This document shows positions 1 through 9,186 of a stretch of DNA of 64,000 bases, piece after piece. Position 1 is the first letter of the stretch, and each line of letters begins with the position of its first letter. Location: positions 49,795 to 113,794 of the forward strand of contig JBHLRS010000007.1 of NCBI GenBank assembly GCA_048882325.1. The letters are read 5' to 3'. A program made the translations under genes and the position numbers. Under the pieces are notes generated by a model. That model ran no database searches. It saw only the letters and a program-made list of their open reading frames with translations, and was not told the DNA's origin. The stretch is from Candidatus Thorarchaeota archaeon. GTDB lineage: Archaea > Asgardarchaeota > Thorarchaeia > Thorarchaeales > Thorarchaeaceae.

Positions 1-1
1 T

Positions 2-481
2 TTCGAGTTTACTGACTATGAAGAAGGAGAATTTTATGAATTGTCAACAAATCCGGATTATGGTCGTGCTGGAGTTGTAGATCAGCTCGAGATAGGCATT
101 ATACCTGCTTTCGATATCGTACGCCCCTTTAGTTTCTCTGGATTTAACATAACTTGGGAGTTAGATTGGCACTCAGGTCACGCGCAGTACACAGCCCTCG
201 ACTACACCGTGTTTCTTGATGGTGAGGAATATGTGACTGGAATACATGTGTTTGATTATGGCATGGGTTTCTCCCTTACAATTGAAGTCAACTCATTACC
301 CCCAGGTAGGTATAATTTCACTCTCATGTTGGAGGAAGTCCAAGGAGGATACGAAACAGATACGGTAATGGTCACAATTAGAATCACAGAAGCTCAGATA
401 ATCTCAATGGCAAGTGTTCCAATCATTATCATTTTAAGCGTCCTCATCATCAGAAGGATATGGCACTCACACAGTGACTAA
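2..481 (+). CDS. C-terminal part of a cell-surface protein (Ig-like domain, C-terminal TM anchor); truncated by the window edge
   Basis: Frame is open from position 2 (FEFTDYEEGEFYELS...). Ends with ...VNSLPPGRYNFTL...DTVMVTI, a hydrophobic helix and RRIWH. Confidence 0.7.
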   Translation, partial: FEFTDYEEGEFYELSTNPDYGRAGVVDQLEIGIIPAFDIVRPFSFSGFNITWELDWHSGHAQYTALDYTVFLDGEEYVTGIHVFDYGMGFSLTIEVNSLPPGRYNFTLMLEEVQGGYETDTVMVTIRITEAQIISMASVPIIIILSVLIIRRIWHSHSD

Positions 482-1791
482 ATGATGACACTCTCTACTT
501 CAACATCTCTATCCTTGATGCTAAGTGTTTTGGAGGGTATCCTCTTTCCGCCAAAGAGTTCAGCCTCAGCCTCACCTCTATAGAGAGCATCCGCAATTCG
601 TCCCATAGCATCTGCTTTCATGATCCCAGACCCACTCGCACCGTTGACCACAAGTACTCCACTGTCAAGCCAGACAAATGGAATCCTATCGGGACTATAG
701 TTGTACCCTCCTGCCCAGCTGTTAACAGGTCTAGCCCCTTGGAAGGCTGGGAAATATTTCGATAGAACAGGATACATGCTGTTCTCATAGTAGGCACTCT
801 CTGGGACCATGTCTTCATCAGTCTGTATGTACTTGTATTCACGACCCACCTTATCGCCGCAACCCACCCAGAACCCGCGCTCCTGGAGCTGAGGTCTGAA
901 GTAGACACCCGCAGATGGTAAGATAGTGAATGGAATGCAGCCAAGCTCGTTGAAGCCTTTGACTTCCAAAAGCGCCTGCAAATCCTCTTTATCCTCAGCA
1001 TGAATGACGAACAGTTGGCGCTTCTTCCCTTTGGTCATACTATCCATGCCAATTGGATCTAGGAGTTCGTTTGTCCAAGTCCCGGTCGCAAGGACAACCA
1101 CATCTGCCCTCAGGGGTCCCTTGTCCGTTATGACACCGTTCACCTTTTTCTTCTGCCAGACAAAGGGCTCACCAGGAACGTCCAACTTGGGATCAGCCTC
1201 AAGTATGAGTTTCTCAACCTCTACACCGAACCGAGGTTTGACATGCGATAGCTTGGTGAACTCTTCAAAGTAGTGCTCGACAAGTCTTGTTGGATCCAAT
1301 ACTCCACAATCAGCACCAAAGAGACCGTACGCCACCTCTTTAAGGTTCATGAGTTCAGCCTCTTCATCCCCGGCAAAGTCTACATTGAGACCTGGAATCA
1401 TCTTCTTTAGTTCTTCTTTGTTGTAGACCTTATAGCTGATTCCGGACTTCTTCATCCGCTCCATCCAGACTTTCACACTTTCATGGTGGAACTGCTCTTC
1501 TCCAAGCAGCCAGAGATATCCAGTCTTCTCAAAATAGAGGTTATGTCCAAGTTCATTCTGAACATGTTCAAAGTATTTGATGGAAGTGTCAGTGAGTAGC
1601 TGATTTGTAGAAGATGCAAACATGTTTCGAACAGCTGCTGCACTCATAGCTGTGTTAGCCTGTCCAGGCGCGAGAGTTCGCTCAACAAGCAGTATTTTCT
1701 TGTCAGGGCTATTCTTCTGCAAATAATATGCAGTCGCGACACCTAGACAACCTGCACCAACTACAATGACGTCAAAGGTCTCTTCGCTCAA
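478..1791 (-). CDS. FAD-dependent oxidoreductase, DAO / sarcosine oxidase beta / proline dehydrogenase family
   Basis: VIVVGAGCLG Rossmann motif, VVLATGTW, WAGGYNYSPD, GASGSGIMKA. Likely TTG start at 1791 after GGTGAT (the track extends to 1899). Confidence 0.85.
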   Translation of the reverse strand: MSEETFDVIVVGAGCLGVATAYYLQKNSPDKKILLVERTLAPGQANTAMSAAAVRNMFASSTNQLLTDTSIKYFEHVQNELGHNLYFEKTGYLWLLGEEQFHHESVKVWMERMKKSGISYKVYNKEELKKMIPGLNVDFAGDEEAELMNLKEVAYGLFGADCGVLDPTRLVEHYFEEFTKLSHVKPRFGVEVEKLILEADPKLDVPGEPFVWQKKKVNGVITDKGPLRADVVVLATGTWTNELLDPIGMDSMTKGKKRQLFVIHAEDKEDLQALLEVKGFNELGCIPFTILPSAGVYFRPQLQERGFWVGCGDKVGREYKYIQTDEDMVPESAYYENSMYPVLSKYFPAFQGARPVNSWAGGYNYSPDRIPFVWLDSGVLVVNGASGSGIMKADAMGRIADALYRGEAEAELFGGKRIPSKTLSIKDRDVEVESVII

Positions 1792-1938
1792 GAAAGAATC
1801 ACCATGTAGGACGCGAGGAAATTCATGGTCCTCTAAAACTTTTTTCTTTAGCCTGCGTTTCCTCATTTTCCTAGTTGAAATGAGAGAAGTATTATACAAT
1901 GAATCTGAAGTTGATTTTTAAAACAAAACAACGCATGT

Positions 1939-3021
1939 GTGAGAGTGGATGCAATGAAGAAGACACGCCACCTCCTCTCATTGATACTTGTCATGAGTTT
2001 AGCCTTGGGAAACATAGAGGCGGTTATGCTGCTACCTGAAACTTATGGCTTGCGTTATAATCATCAAGAATCACAGACTTCTGAACATCCCCCATTTCAA
2101 CCCCCTGCATTAAATGCAAGCAAGCAAGACTCAGGTTCTATTTTCATAAACGGTCAAGAGATTTTCTGGAGTTATTTCTCTCCAAATACATCGATAATTC
2201 AACCTCGAGATTTTGGTTTTTCCTTTGAAATCTGGTGGAATAATCCAGATCCCAACATTTCGATTGTAGTTGAACTTTCAGATAACGAAGGAGGAGCAAA
2301 TTCGACCGAAACTTTCGAAACTTTAGGAAGCTATGAGAAAGTTCTGGAAACACAAGAAGGTGATTTCATCCAATATGCGATTTGGATGAATACAACATAC
2401 TTTTTCGCGAACGAAACATGGTCTACATTTGGGAATGAATCCATTGATGTTGAGGATCTGAATCTCACAGTTGGAATTCAACATTTCACCTACTTCCCGA
2501 TATTTGAGTATTCAATCCTACGGGACTCTGGAGGTCCAACCCTGCAAATTATCCATCCTACCTATGATGAAATAAGAAGCGAAATAGTGCTTGATTCATT
2601 CAATATCAGCTTTGATATAGTCGTAACTGATTTGAGTAAGATAGAGTATGCCGCTTTGGTCGCTACATTTGTGAACCAAACGACCTTTGAACCTGATGAG
2701 ATGGTCATGTGGGGAACTGGGAATATTGAGAATGGAACAGGTCAGAAAGTCTATGTACCATCCTTAATCACAGAAAAAATTGTAATTGACTCAGGAGGGA
2801 TGCTAGATATTGACACAACTTCAATTACTACATATTTCAGTATTCTTGATAGTTTCGGATATGAAACCAGAAAGAGATTGAATATCATTATAGAATTGCC
2901 ACAGACTACCTCAACAACAGCTCCCACTACAACAAGTGAAAGTCTGGGCCCTCTGATACCTGTCGTGGGTGTTCTTTCGATAGTGGGAGTAATTGTCATT
3001 CTTCTGAGGAGTAAAAGATAA
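1939..3021 (+). CDS. secreted surface glycoprotein with C-terminal TM anchor
   Basis: Signal peptide MKKTRHLLSLILV, many N-x-S/T sequons, Thr-rich linker, TM helix followed by RSKR. Confidence 0.75.
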   Translation: MRVDAMKKTRHLLSLILVMSLALGNIEAVMLLPETYGLRYNHQESQTSEHPPFQPPALNASKQDSGSIFINGQEIFWSYFSPNTSIIQPRDFGFSFEIWWNNPDPNISIVVELSDNEGGANSTETFETLGSYEKVLETQEGDFIQYAIWMNTTYFFANETWSTFGNESIDVEDLNLTVGIQHFTYFPIFEYSILRDSGGPTLQIIHPTYDEIRSEIVLDSFNISFDIVVTDLSKIEYAALVATFVNQTTFEPDEMVMWGTGNIENGTGQKVYVPSLITEKIVIDSGGMLDIDTTSITTYFSILDSFGYETRKRLNIIIELPQTTSTTAPTTTSESLGPLIPVVGVLSIVGVIVILLRSKR

Positions 3022-3030
3022 GGTTCTAGT

Positions 3031-3843
3031 TTGGGCACCACAAGTGTCATAAGCAAATCCAAGGTCAGCGCCAAGCCGGAGTGGAGAAAACTGACATCTT
3101 CTGATGAACAAGAAATGGATCTTGTTGAAACTAAAGGAGATACCCGAATAGTTTCAGTAGGAGTGATATTGGTAGGTCTGTTTGTAATTTTAGCAATCAT
3201 ACCTATGAGTACCTTCATCGGAGCTGGTGGAGTTGTTAGTGCTCTCAGTTTTGCCGTGTGCATAACTCCGCTCTTTGGAATAATATTAGGTAGCAGGAGA
3301 GGACTAGCATATGGAGCTATTGCAGGGATTCTAGGAACCCTTGTCCTTCTTCCTTTTGGAGGAGGTGTGTTTCTATTTCTCCCCCCCACTATTGTTGGTC
3401 CAGCAATATCAGGTCTATTCACAGGTTTGTTGTTTAGAAAAGACACGAAATTTGGACCAACTTTGACAGCGGCGTATCTAGTTCTAATCATTGTCATCTT
3501 TGAGCTGTTCAAGTTTGAAGCTTGGTGGTTTATGACACCGTACATGCTAGCCGCTATACTTGCTTTTGGCCTTCAAGTAAAAACCATAGAATTCAGAACG
3601 GGTCAGACAGGATTCAACAGATATCTTCAGCTAATACCGTTTACCTTCATCGGAGCAATGCTTGACCATTCAATGATGGCTATGGGCTCAGTGTTCCTAC
3701 TTGACCTACCACCTGTGGGTATTGGGTTTACATTCGAACTCATCTTCCCACTGATGGTGCTTGAGAGAATCGTAGCTACAATTCTTGCTGCGGTTGTTGG
3801 TTATATTGTACTCGAATACTTTGGTGACGAAATTGGCCTTTGA
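3031..3843 (+). CDS. polytopic membrane protein, probable ECF transporter S component
   Basis: About 7 TM helices, PLFGIILGSRRG motif and C-terminal ERIVATILAA, typical of archaeal S components. Confidence 0.6.
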   Translation: MGTTSVISKSKVSAKPEWRKLTSSDEQEMDLVETKGDTRIVSVGVILVGLFVILAIIPMSTFIGAGGVVSALSFAVCITPLFGIILGSRRGLAYGAIAGILGTLVLLPFGGGVFLFLPPTIVGPAISGLFTGLLFRKDTKFGPTLTAAYLVLIIVIFELFKFEAWWFMTPYMLAAILAFGLQVKTIEFRTGQTGFNRYLQLIPFTFIGAMLDHSMMAMGSVFLLDLPPVGIGFTFELIFPLMVLERIVATILAAVVGYIVLEYFGDEIGL

Positions 3844-3854
3844 TTCCAAAAATA

Positions 3855-4463
3855 CTATGATAGATTTCTGATAATGACGTTAAGTGCCTCAACTTGCAAC
3901 TCGAGAGGCATAGTCGCCATCGACATGATGTCTTTCTCTATGGCTTGATACGGAAGAGGTGGTAAATGAATGAATGTGGCCTTTGTGTCAAATGGCTCTT
4001 TTTCAATCATATCCATCACATTGTAGAGTATCCAATTGCAACCGTAGAGACCTGCGTGATAACTCACAAGAGCTGGAATACCTTCCTCTAAGAGTGCATT
4101 GACCAATGGAATTGGATCGATGTTGGCAAAATAGGCTACTGGACCATCATATTCAATGATGTCAGACTCAGGTATGTTCTCATAATTATCAGGACGTTTT
4201 GTAGAGATAGCATTCACAGCTATACGCTCAATAGAGATAGCAGCTCGATTTGCCTGACCACAGCACAGAACATAGTCAGGTTTGTGTTTCTTGAGAGTTT
4301 CATAGAGCATGTTATGAGCGCTTTTATAGTCAAGAGGAAGAACCAGACCTGTGACGGAGAAATCATCAATTCTCGTGTCATCAAGAACCTTCACTAATTC
4401 TTCCGAAGGATTTACTGAGAATCCATCGAAAGGTTCGAATCCAGTAATGAGAACCTTTGGCAT
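3855..4463 (-). CDS. pcp: pyroglutamyl-peptidase I (C15)
   Basis: KVLITGFEPF, NPS, ERIAVN, AGLYGCN (catalytic Cys), FIHLP. Confidence 0.93.
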   Translation of the reverse strand: MPKVLITGFEPFDGFSVNPSEELVKVLDDTRIDDFSVTGLVLPLDYKSAHNMLYETLKKHKPDYVLCCGQANRAAISIERIAVNAISTKRPDNYENIPESDIIEYDGPVAYFANIDPIPLVNALLEEGIPALVSYHAGLYGCNWILYNVMDMIEKEPFDTKATFIHLPPLPYQAIEKDIMSMATMPLELQVEALNVIIRNLS

Positions 4464-4528
4464 AGAAACACCACCGAGAGTTTGATTGTCTTCCTAAAGA
4501 GTACTATATCCAACCTAAACTTTCCTAC

Positions 4529-5227
4529 TCAAGAGGTCCCTAAAAGAAGGCCGGGGAGAGCAAGCCAGATGAAGAAGACACCGAGTGCCACCTGAAATAG
4601 ACCAATTCCAATATTCAACAAATTGAGCCGTCCAGCCTTTGAATCAACCTGAGCCTTTTGGCTCCCGTATGTTGCTCCAACAGAGAGAAAAGCTCCAAAG
4701 AGGAAATCTGTGGAGATATGTGTGAAATAGATCAATGTACCAGCTATGATTACAGCTCCCAGATTCCATTCTACACTTTCAAGTAGATATGTGATTGCAG
4801 TAAAACCTGCAGCAATCCACCAGAGAAGGAAATAGGGTGAAAAGATACTAACAAGTGCTCCTTGAGTCGTTGCTTCGATGGCAGAAGATGCAGTAATTTC
4901 CTGTCTTGATGCGATACTCGACCCAACCTCTTCCTGTTTATTATCACGTAGAGCTACTAGGCCAAAAAGAATGATTATGAACCCACCAACTCCCATTAGA
5001 ATATCAGTATAGGGATCCAAGGCAGCAGAATTAACACCTAGAATAATGGCGATTACTATCACTAACTCAACTAGTGAATGACCAAGCATTGGTAAAATAC
5101 CATGAAGGCGTCCTCGTTTGCTTGCTTGTTGAACAACTGCTGCGGAGAGAGGACCAGGGGCAAGCGCTCCAGTAAGAGAAAGTCCAAACCATCCTGCAAG
5201 AACGATGAAGACCTCAACAACGCCCAT
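4529..5227 (-). CDS. LysE-family translocator
   Basis: LTGALAPGPL, GHSLVE, SPYFLLWW; about 6 TM helices. Confidence 0.85.
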   Translation of the reverse strand: MGVVEVFIVLAGWFGLSLTGALAPGPLSAAVVQQASKRGRLHGILPMLGHSLVELVIVIAIILGVNSAALDPYTDILMGVGGFIIILFGLVALRDNKQEEVGSSIASRQEITASSAIEATTQGALVSIFSPYFLLWWIAAGFTAITYLLESVEWNLGAVIIAGTLIYFTHISTDFLFGAFLSVGATYGSQKAQVDSKAGRLNLLNIGIGLFQVALGVFFIWLALPGLLLGTS

Positions 5228-5399
5228 TCTGTTTTCCTCTGCTTGTTTTGAATGTGAAATCAAAGAAAAGCTTGGTGCTTAATGCGCAAACAGTAAAGAA
5301 CTGGTATTATTTGTATTACAACTAGTAGAAAAATGCTTTGCCAGAAACCCTTAATAGCTTTCCAATGAAGCTGCGCGTTAACTCGGGAGCTGCGCTGGT

Positions 5400-6536
5400 T
5401 TGAAACAGGTGCAAATCACTGTACCCTACGAAAAGACAGAGGCAGTGTTTGATTTTATTGTTGATGCTCTAGGTATCAACAACGTGACGAAAATGAACAC
5501 TGACAATGCTCACCTACTGCAATTTAGGATTCCAGATGCCCAGGTCAATGAGGCAATAGAGAAGCTGAAGAGCAGAGGCGTCGGTGTCGAATACGGATTC
5601 ATCGATATTCTTGATCTCAAGGCAACACTTCCTCGAGAAACAGAAGAAGTTAGCGACACCAAGATTCAGAGAGATGCGACTCTTGCTGTCGAAGAGATAT
5701 ATGAAAACGTCCACAAGCAGGCATCTCTTAGCTTCGATTTTATCGCATTCTCGATACTTGCAGCGGCAATGGCAGGTTTTGGTCTGATACAAAACAACAC
5801 CACCGTTATAGTTGCATCAATGCTACTCTCACCACTCATGGGACCGATGTTGGGTGTGGCTCTTGGTTACGTTGTGAGAGATAGACAGCTATTTGTCAAA
5901 GGAACAGTAAATGAGCTCATCTCACTGGGTTTGTCTTTCACTGTTGGAATTGTAATGGCAATTCTGTTCTATATTGGTGGATCTGCGAATTTTGTCGCAG
6001 AGGTGGTAAGTCACATGAACCCGTCCGACCCAACAATAACCGAGATTACTCGTCGCGCGGGATTCTCTCTGATTGATGTCGGAGTTGCGTTGATTTCAGG
6101 ACCAGCTGTTGCAGTTTCAGTAACTAAAGGTGACATGTCAAGTCTCGTTGGTGTTGCAATTTCAGCGGCGCTTATGCCTCCTGCGGTAAATGCTGCTTTG
6201 ATGATTGCACTGGGAGCTTTTAATGCAGAATTTATTCTAATCAATATTGGAGTTGGTTCTCTTATGCTCTTGGCGATGAACATTATCCTTATCGACATAT
6301 CAGCGATTGTGATGTTCAGAATTAAGAAACTTACACCATTAGCAAATAGATCAGCCACCTGGACAGCTGTAACTCAATTCACAAAGACTCGTAGAGAGAG
6401 TCTCTATCATACAACAAGACCGGAGCCTAATGGTGTTGCAACGTTTACTCCAGCTCCAACAACTGATGGTGGATCAGTAGAAACCAAAGAGGAAGAAACA
6501 GAGAAAGAGCCTGAGTCTACCAAAGATAATGGATGA
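5400..6536 (+). CDS. TIGR00341 / DUF389 family membrane protein
   Basis: VIVASMLLSPLMGP and LVGVAISAALMPPA motifs; small soluble N-terminal domain. Confidence 0.88.
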   Translation: MKQVQITVPYEKTEAVFDFIVDALGINNVTKMNTDNAHLLQFRIPDAQVNEAIEKLKSRGVGVEYGFIDILDLKATLPRETEEVSDTKIQRDATLAVEEIYENVHKQASLSFDFIAFSILAAAMAGFGLIQNNTTVIVASMLLSPLMGPMLGVALGYVVRDRQLFVKGTVNELISLGLSFTVGIVMAILFYIGGSANFVAEVVSHMNPSDPTITEITRRAGFSLIDVGVALISGPAVAVSVTKGDMSSLVGVAISAALMPPAVNAALMIALGAFNAEFILINIGVGSLMLLAMNIILIDISAIVMFRIKKLTPLANRSATWTAVTQFTKTRRESLYHTTRPEPNGVATFTPAPTTDGGSVETKEEETEKEPESTKDNG

Positions 6537-6667
6537 ACAACAGGTTTACAATTTCGCAAATCATAAGCTTTCAGAACCCATGATATTCAATTTGTAATGT
6601 CTAGGTATCACAAGAGGATATAGTCTACATTTTGGTTAGAATGGTTAACTCTTACGGAGAATGAGAC

Positions 6668-6985
6668 ATGGGCGAACTCAAGAATAAATTGTTCAAAGGC
6701 CTTACTGAACATGACATACTGACCTGGGAAGAGGAAAAAATGCGCTATCAGCGAAAAATGGGAAGAAAAGTGACCGATCTTGAGTTCCTACGCTATTTAT
6801 TGATGAAAGCTTCACGACCAGTCATCAAAACCAAGGATGGAGTTTCAACTGGGTTCCTCACAGGAAAAGGACCAATCCATGAAAAAGAGGACACGCTTTT
6901 AGAAAGATATCGGGCTCAGGGATCAATGAATCCAGCTGGATTGGTGGACCAAAGACTCGCAGACCGAAGGAAAACTTCACCTTAG
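6668..6985 (+). CDS. hypothetical small basic protein (possible DNA-binding fold)
   Basis: GGAG upstream of the ATG; TDLEFLRYLL helix is reminiscent of RHH proteins (weak). Confidence 0.6.
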   Translation: MGELKNKLFKGLTEHDILTWEEEKMRYQRKMGRKVTDLEFLRYLLMKASRPVIKTKDGVSTGFLTGKGPIHEKEDTLLERYRAQGSMNPAGLVDQRLADRRKTSP

Positions 6986-7083
6986 ATTCTTGGTCATGTG
7001 CCAACCCTTAAATGCTAAGATACCAACTGGTACAATAGATGTACTGAGTTGTTGTACATTTATGCCTTATTGGAGAAAACATA

Positions 7084-7221
7084 ATGGAAATGAATCAACA
7101 AGAAGAGATTTTTCCTGACTGGATGTCAACTTCAGGCATTGAGTTTTGGCAACCAGATGACCTCTATATTGAGTGGATCACTTTTCTCTATGGAATCTGG
7201 GAAAAAGTGGAATATCTCTAG
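7084..7221 (+). CDS. small acidic Trp-rich protein (45 aa), not in the ORF track
   Basis: MEMNQQEEIFPDWMSTSGIEFWQPDDLYIEWITFLYGIWEKVEYL. GGAG upstream; ends 23 nt before the ArsR gene. Confidence 0.55.
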   Translation: MEMNQQEEIFPDWMSTSGIEFWQPDDLYIEWITFLYGIWEKVEYL

Positions 7222-7244
7222 AAGACATGGAATGATGACAAAGG

Positions 7245-7967
7245 ATGTCAGAAGAAGGACCGAGTGATCTTGACAAAGTCTTCAAGGCACTAGGAAATGA
7301 AACTCGCAGAAGAATACTTCGCCTCCTAGCACAGGGTGAAAGATATCCCTATGAGTTAAGCAAAGTCCTAGGATTAACCCCACGGGGTGTATTCAAACAC
7401 CTTGAAGCTCTTCAAGAAGCAGGACTCGTTGAGCGACAGCATGGCGAAAGCGAGGTAGGCCCAGACAGGGTTTACTACCGACTCAATGTGAGGTTTGGGC
7501 TTTCCACCACAATCCTTCCAAATGCATTTGTTGTAAGACTAACTAGTCATGGGATAACAGGTCACCGACTCATAGTACCTCAGGGCTTTATCATCCCAGA
7601 AGCAAGACCTGACGTAGCGGCGGTAAGAAAACTCCTGCGTGAGCTAGGGAAGGTCAACAGGCAACTTGAGAAACTCGAAGATGACAGGATGCGTTTTGCC
7701 TCACTAAGGAGTCAGATAATCAGCAGAATAGAGGCAGTAATGGAGCATGCTGAGTGGGATGAGGAGAGTCGTCAGAAAGTAAGGTCTCTAATTGATCCTA
7801 TCCGGCAGCAAGTAGATGACACTGTAGAGGAACGCGAAGATGCTTGGGCTAGCACCGTCCAAGAAGCACTGAAACTTTTCGAGAATATGCTCACGGGGAA
7901 ACCTCCGATTGCAAAGAAGAAAGAAGATTCTGACGACGATGTAGAGATAATACTGGATTCTGAGTGA
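7245..7967 (+). CDS. ArsR-family wHTH regulator with C-terminal coiled coil (Phr/HSR1 heat-shock-regulator-like)
   Basis: LGNETRRRILRLL...ELSKVLGL...KHLEALQEAGLVE...GPDRVYYRL closely resembles the Pyrococcus Phr N-terminus. Confidence 0.8.
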   Translation: MSEEGPSDLDKVFKALGNETRRRILRLLAQGERYPYELSKVLGLTPRGVFKHLEALQEAGLVERQHGESEVGPDRVYYRLNVRFGLSTTILPNAFVVRLTSHGITGHRLIVPQGFIIPEARPDVAAVRKLLRELGKVNRQLEKLEDDRMRFASLRSQIISRIEAVMEHAEWDEESRQKVRSLIDPIRQQVDDTVEEREDAWASTVQEALKLFENMLTGKPPIAKKKEDSDDDVEIILDSE

Positions 7968-7968
7968 G

Positions 7969-8664
7969 CTACCAATTCCAGATTATTTTCCAGTCCGCTC
8001 TCTTTTGGCTTGACATACTCGGCACGTATTCAATCGGATTATATGGTAGTTCCACACCTTTTGCTTTCTTCACAGATAGATAGTGTTTTCCACGTGATGT
8101 GGTGAGAGTTATGATGCCTTGAGCGAGTGAATATAATTGGTTGATGGTTACTTCGTCAGCTGTTTCAGCATGTACGAGGTAGAACTCGTTTGACCCAATT
8201 TTGATGCTCTCCTCAACGCACTCTTTGAAGAACTGAACAACATCACGGGCTGAAAAGTCAATCAGAAGTGGTGTTAGACCTTCAAATGTGATTAGATTGG
8301 GCATCAGATCTTTTCTGAGACTTCTAAGTTGAATGTTAATTTCATGTAGATGTGGCGAACAGGTGTATTCTCCTAGAGTTTCTTGACCGTATCCAACCTC
8401 CATTATCTTGAAGCCATTACCCTGCATCTGCGAAAGTTCAGTCATGAGAGAGCGATTTCTAGCCTCCGTGACTACTTCCAATGTAGAAAGACCAAGCTCA
8501 ATGGCTCGTCTGATGAGAGTGAGCATAAAGAGGTCATAATGGCTGTCCTGAGAGGCCATAACGAGGAAGACATAACCTTTCGGAGGTCTAGTGAGTAGAT
8601 TGTCCACTATGCTGAACTTTGAACCGTTCTGGTCAATTGGTTCGCTACGCACTTTTTTACACAC
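7969..8664 (-). CDS. catalytically degenerate KaiC/RAD55-fold protein
   Basis: RecA-like strand pattern (LITFEGLTPLL, LYSLAQGIITL, LSVKKAKG) without a Walker A motif. Confidence 0.7.
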   Translation of the reverse strand: MCKKVRSEPIDQNGSKFSIVDNLLTRPPKGYVFLVMASQDSHYDLFMLTLIRRAIELGLSTLEVVTEARNRSLMTELSQMQGNGFKIMEVGYGQETLGEYTCSPHLHEINIQLRSLRKDLMPNLITFEGLTPLLIDFSARDVVQFFKECVEESIKIGSNEFYLVHAETADEVTINQLYSLAQGIITLTTSRGKHYLSVKKAKGVELPYNPIEYVPSMSSQKRADWKIIWNW

Positions 8665-8668
8665 TCAC

Positions 8669-9052
8669 TCATTGACTCATTCCAAGATGTTTTCTAATGG
8701 TTGCTACGAGTGCCTTACCTGAAAATGGCTTGATGATATACTCGTCAGCACCCGCTTCTTCTCCTCGTTCTACATCGCTACTCAGTCCTTTAGCAGTGAA
8801 CAATAGAATAGGAGTATCTTTGAAAGTAGCATTCTCTTTGAGTCTCTTGCAGACTTCAAAGCCATCGATAGTTGGAAGCATCACATCAAGAAGAACCAAA
8901 TCAGGAACCTCCTGATTTGCAAGTTCAAGTGCTTCCTCACCATCACTTGCTACCACCACCTCGAATCCGTGCTTCTCAAGGAATGTCTTCGCTAATTCAG
9001 TAGTCATCTGTTCATCATCGACGACCAGTATTTTCTTGCTATTGCTGTTCAT
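8669..9052 (-). CDS. stand-alone response regulator receiver
   Basis: KILVVDDE, LVLLDVMLP (phosphoacceptor Asp), FTAK, YIIKPF. ATG at 9052 after GGTGAT. Confidence 0.93.
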   Translation of the reverse strand: MNSNSKKILVVDDEQMTTELAKTFLEKHGFEVVVASDGEEALELANQEVPDLVLLDVMLPTIDGFEVCKRLKENATFKDTPILLFTAKGLSSDVERGEEAGADEYIIKPFSGKALVATIRKHLGMSQ

Positions 9053-9186
9053 GTTTATCACCGGAGGTAGGTGTGTTTTCGTAGTACTGATGAAGATCAT
9101 ATGAAAGGCGGTTCCTGGTGTAAAAAAGATGAGACTTCTTCAGCGACCCGGAACGCCTGTTATCTTGTGACTTCATCATTTTATCC

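Noticed and set aside
2751-3545. 264-aa minus-strand ORF and the other ORFs nested in or antisense to called genes (e.g. 618-1001, 21083-21511, 23538-23975, 47543-47998)
   Set aside because: They overlap well-supported genes and have no motifs, so I treat them as shadow frames.
4432-4442. GGTTCGAATCC, a tRNA T-loop-like string
   Set aside because: It lies in the pcp coding sequence (TGFEPF on the minus strand), and no cloverleaf can be built around it.
9087-9165. Hammerhead-like CTGATGA...GAAA core
   Set aside because: Stem II cannot form, the cleavage-site base would be G, and stem I does not pair.
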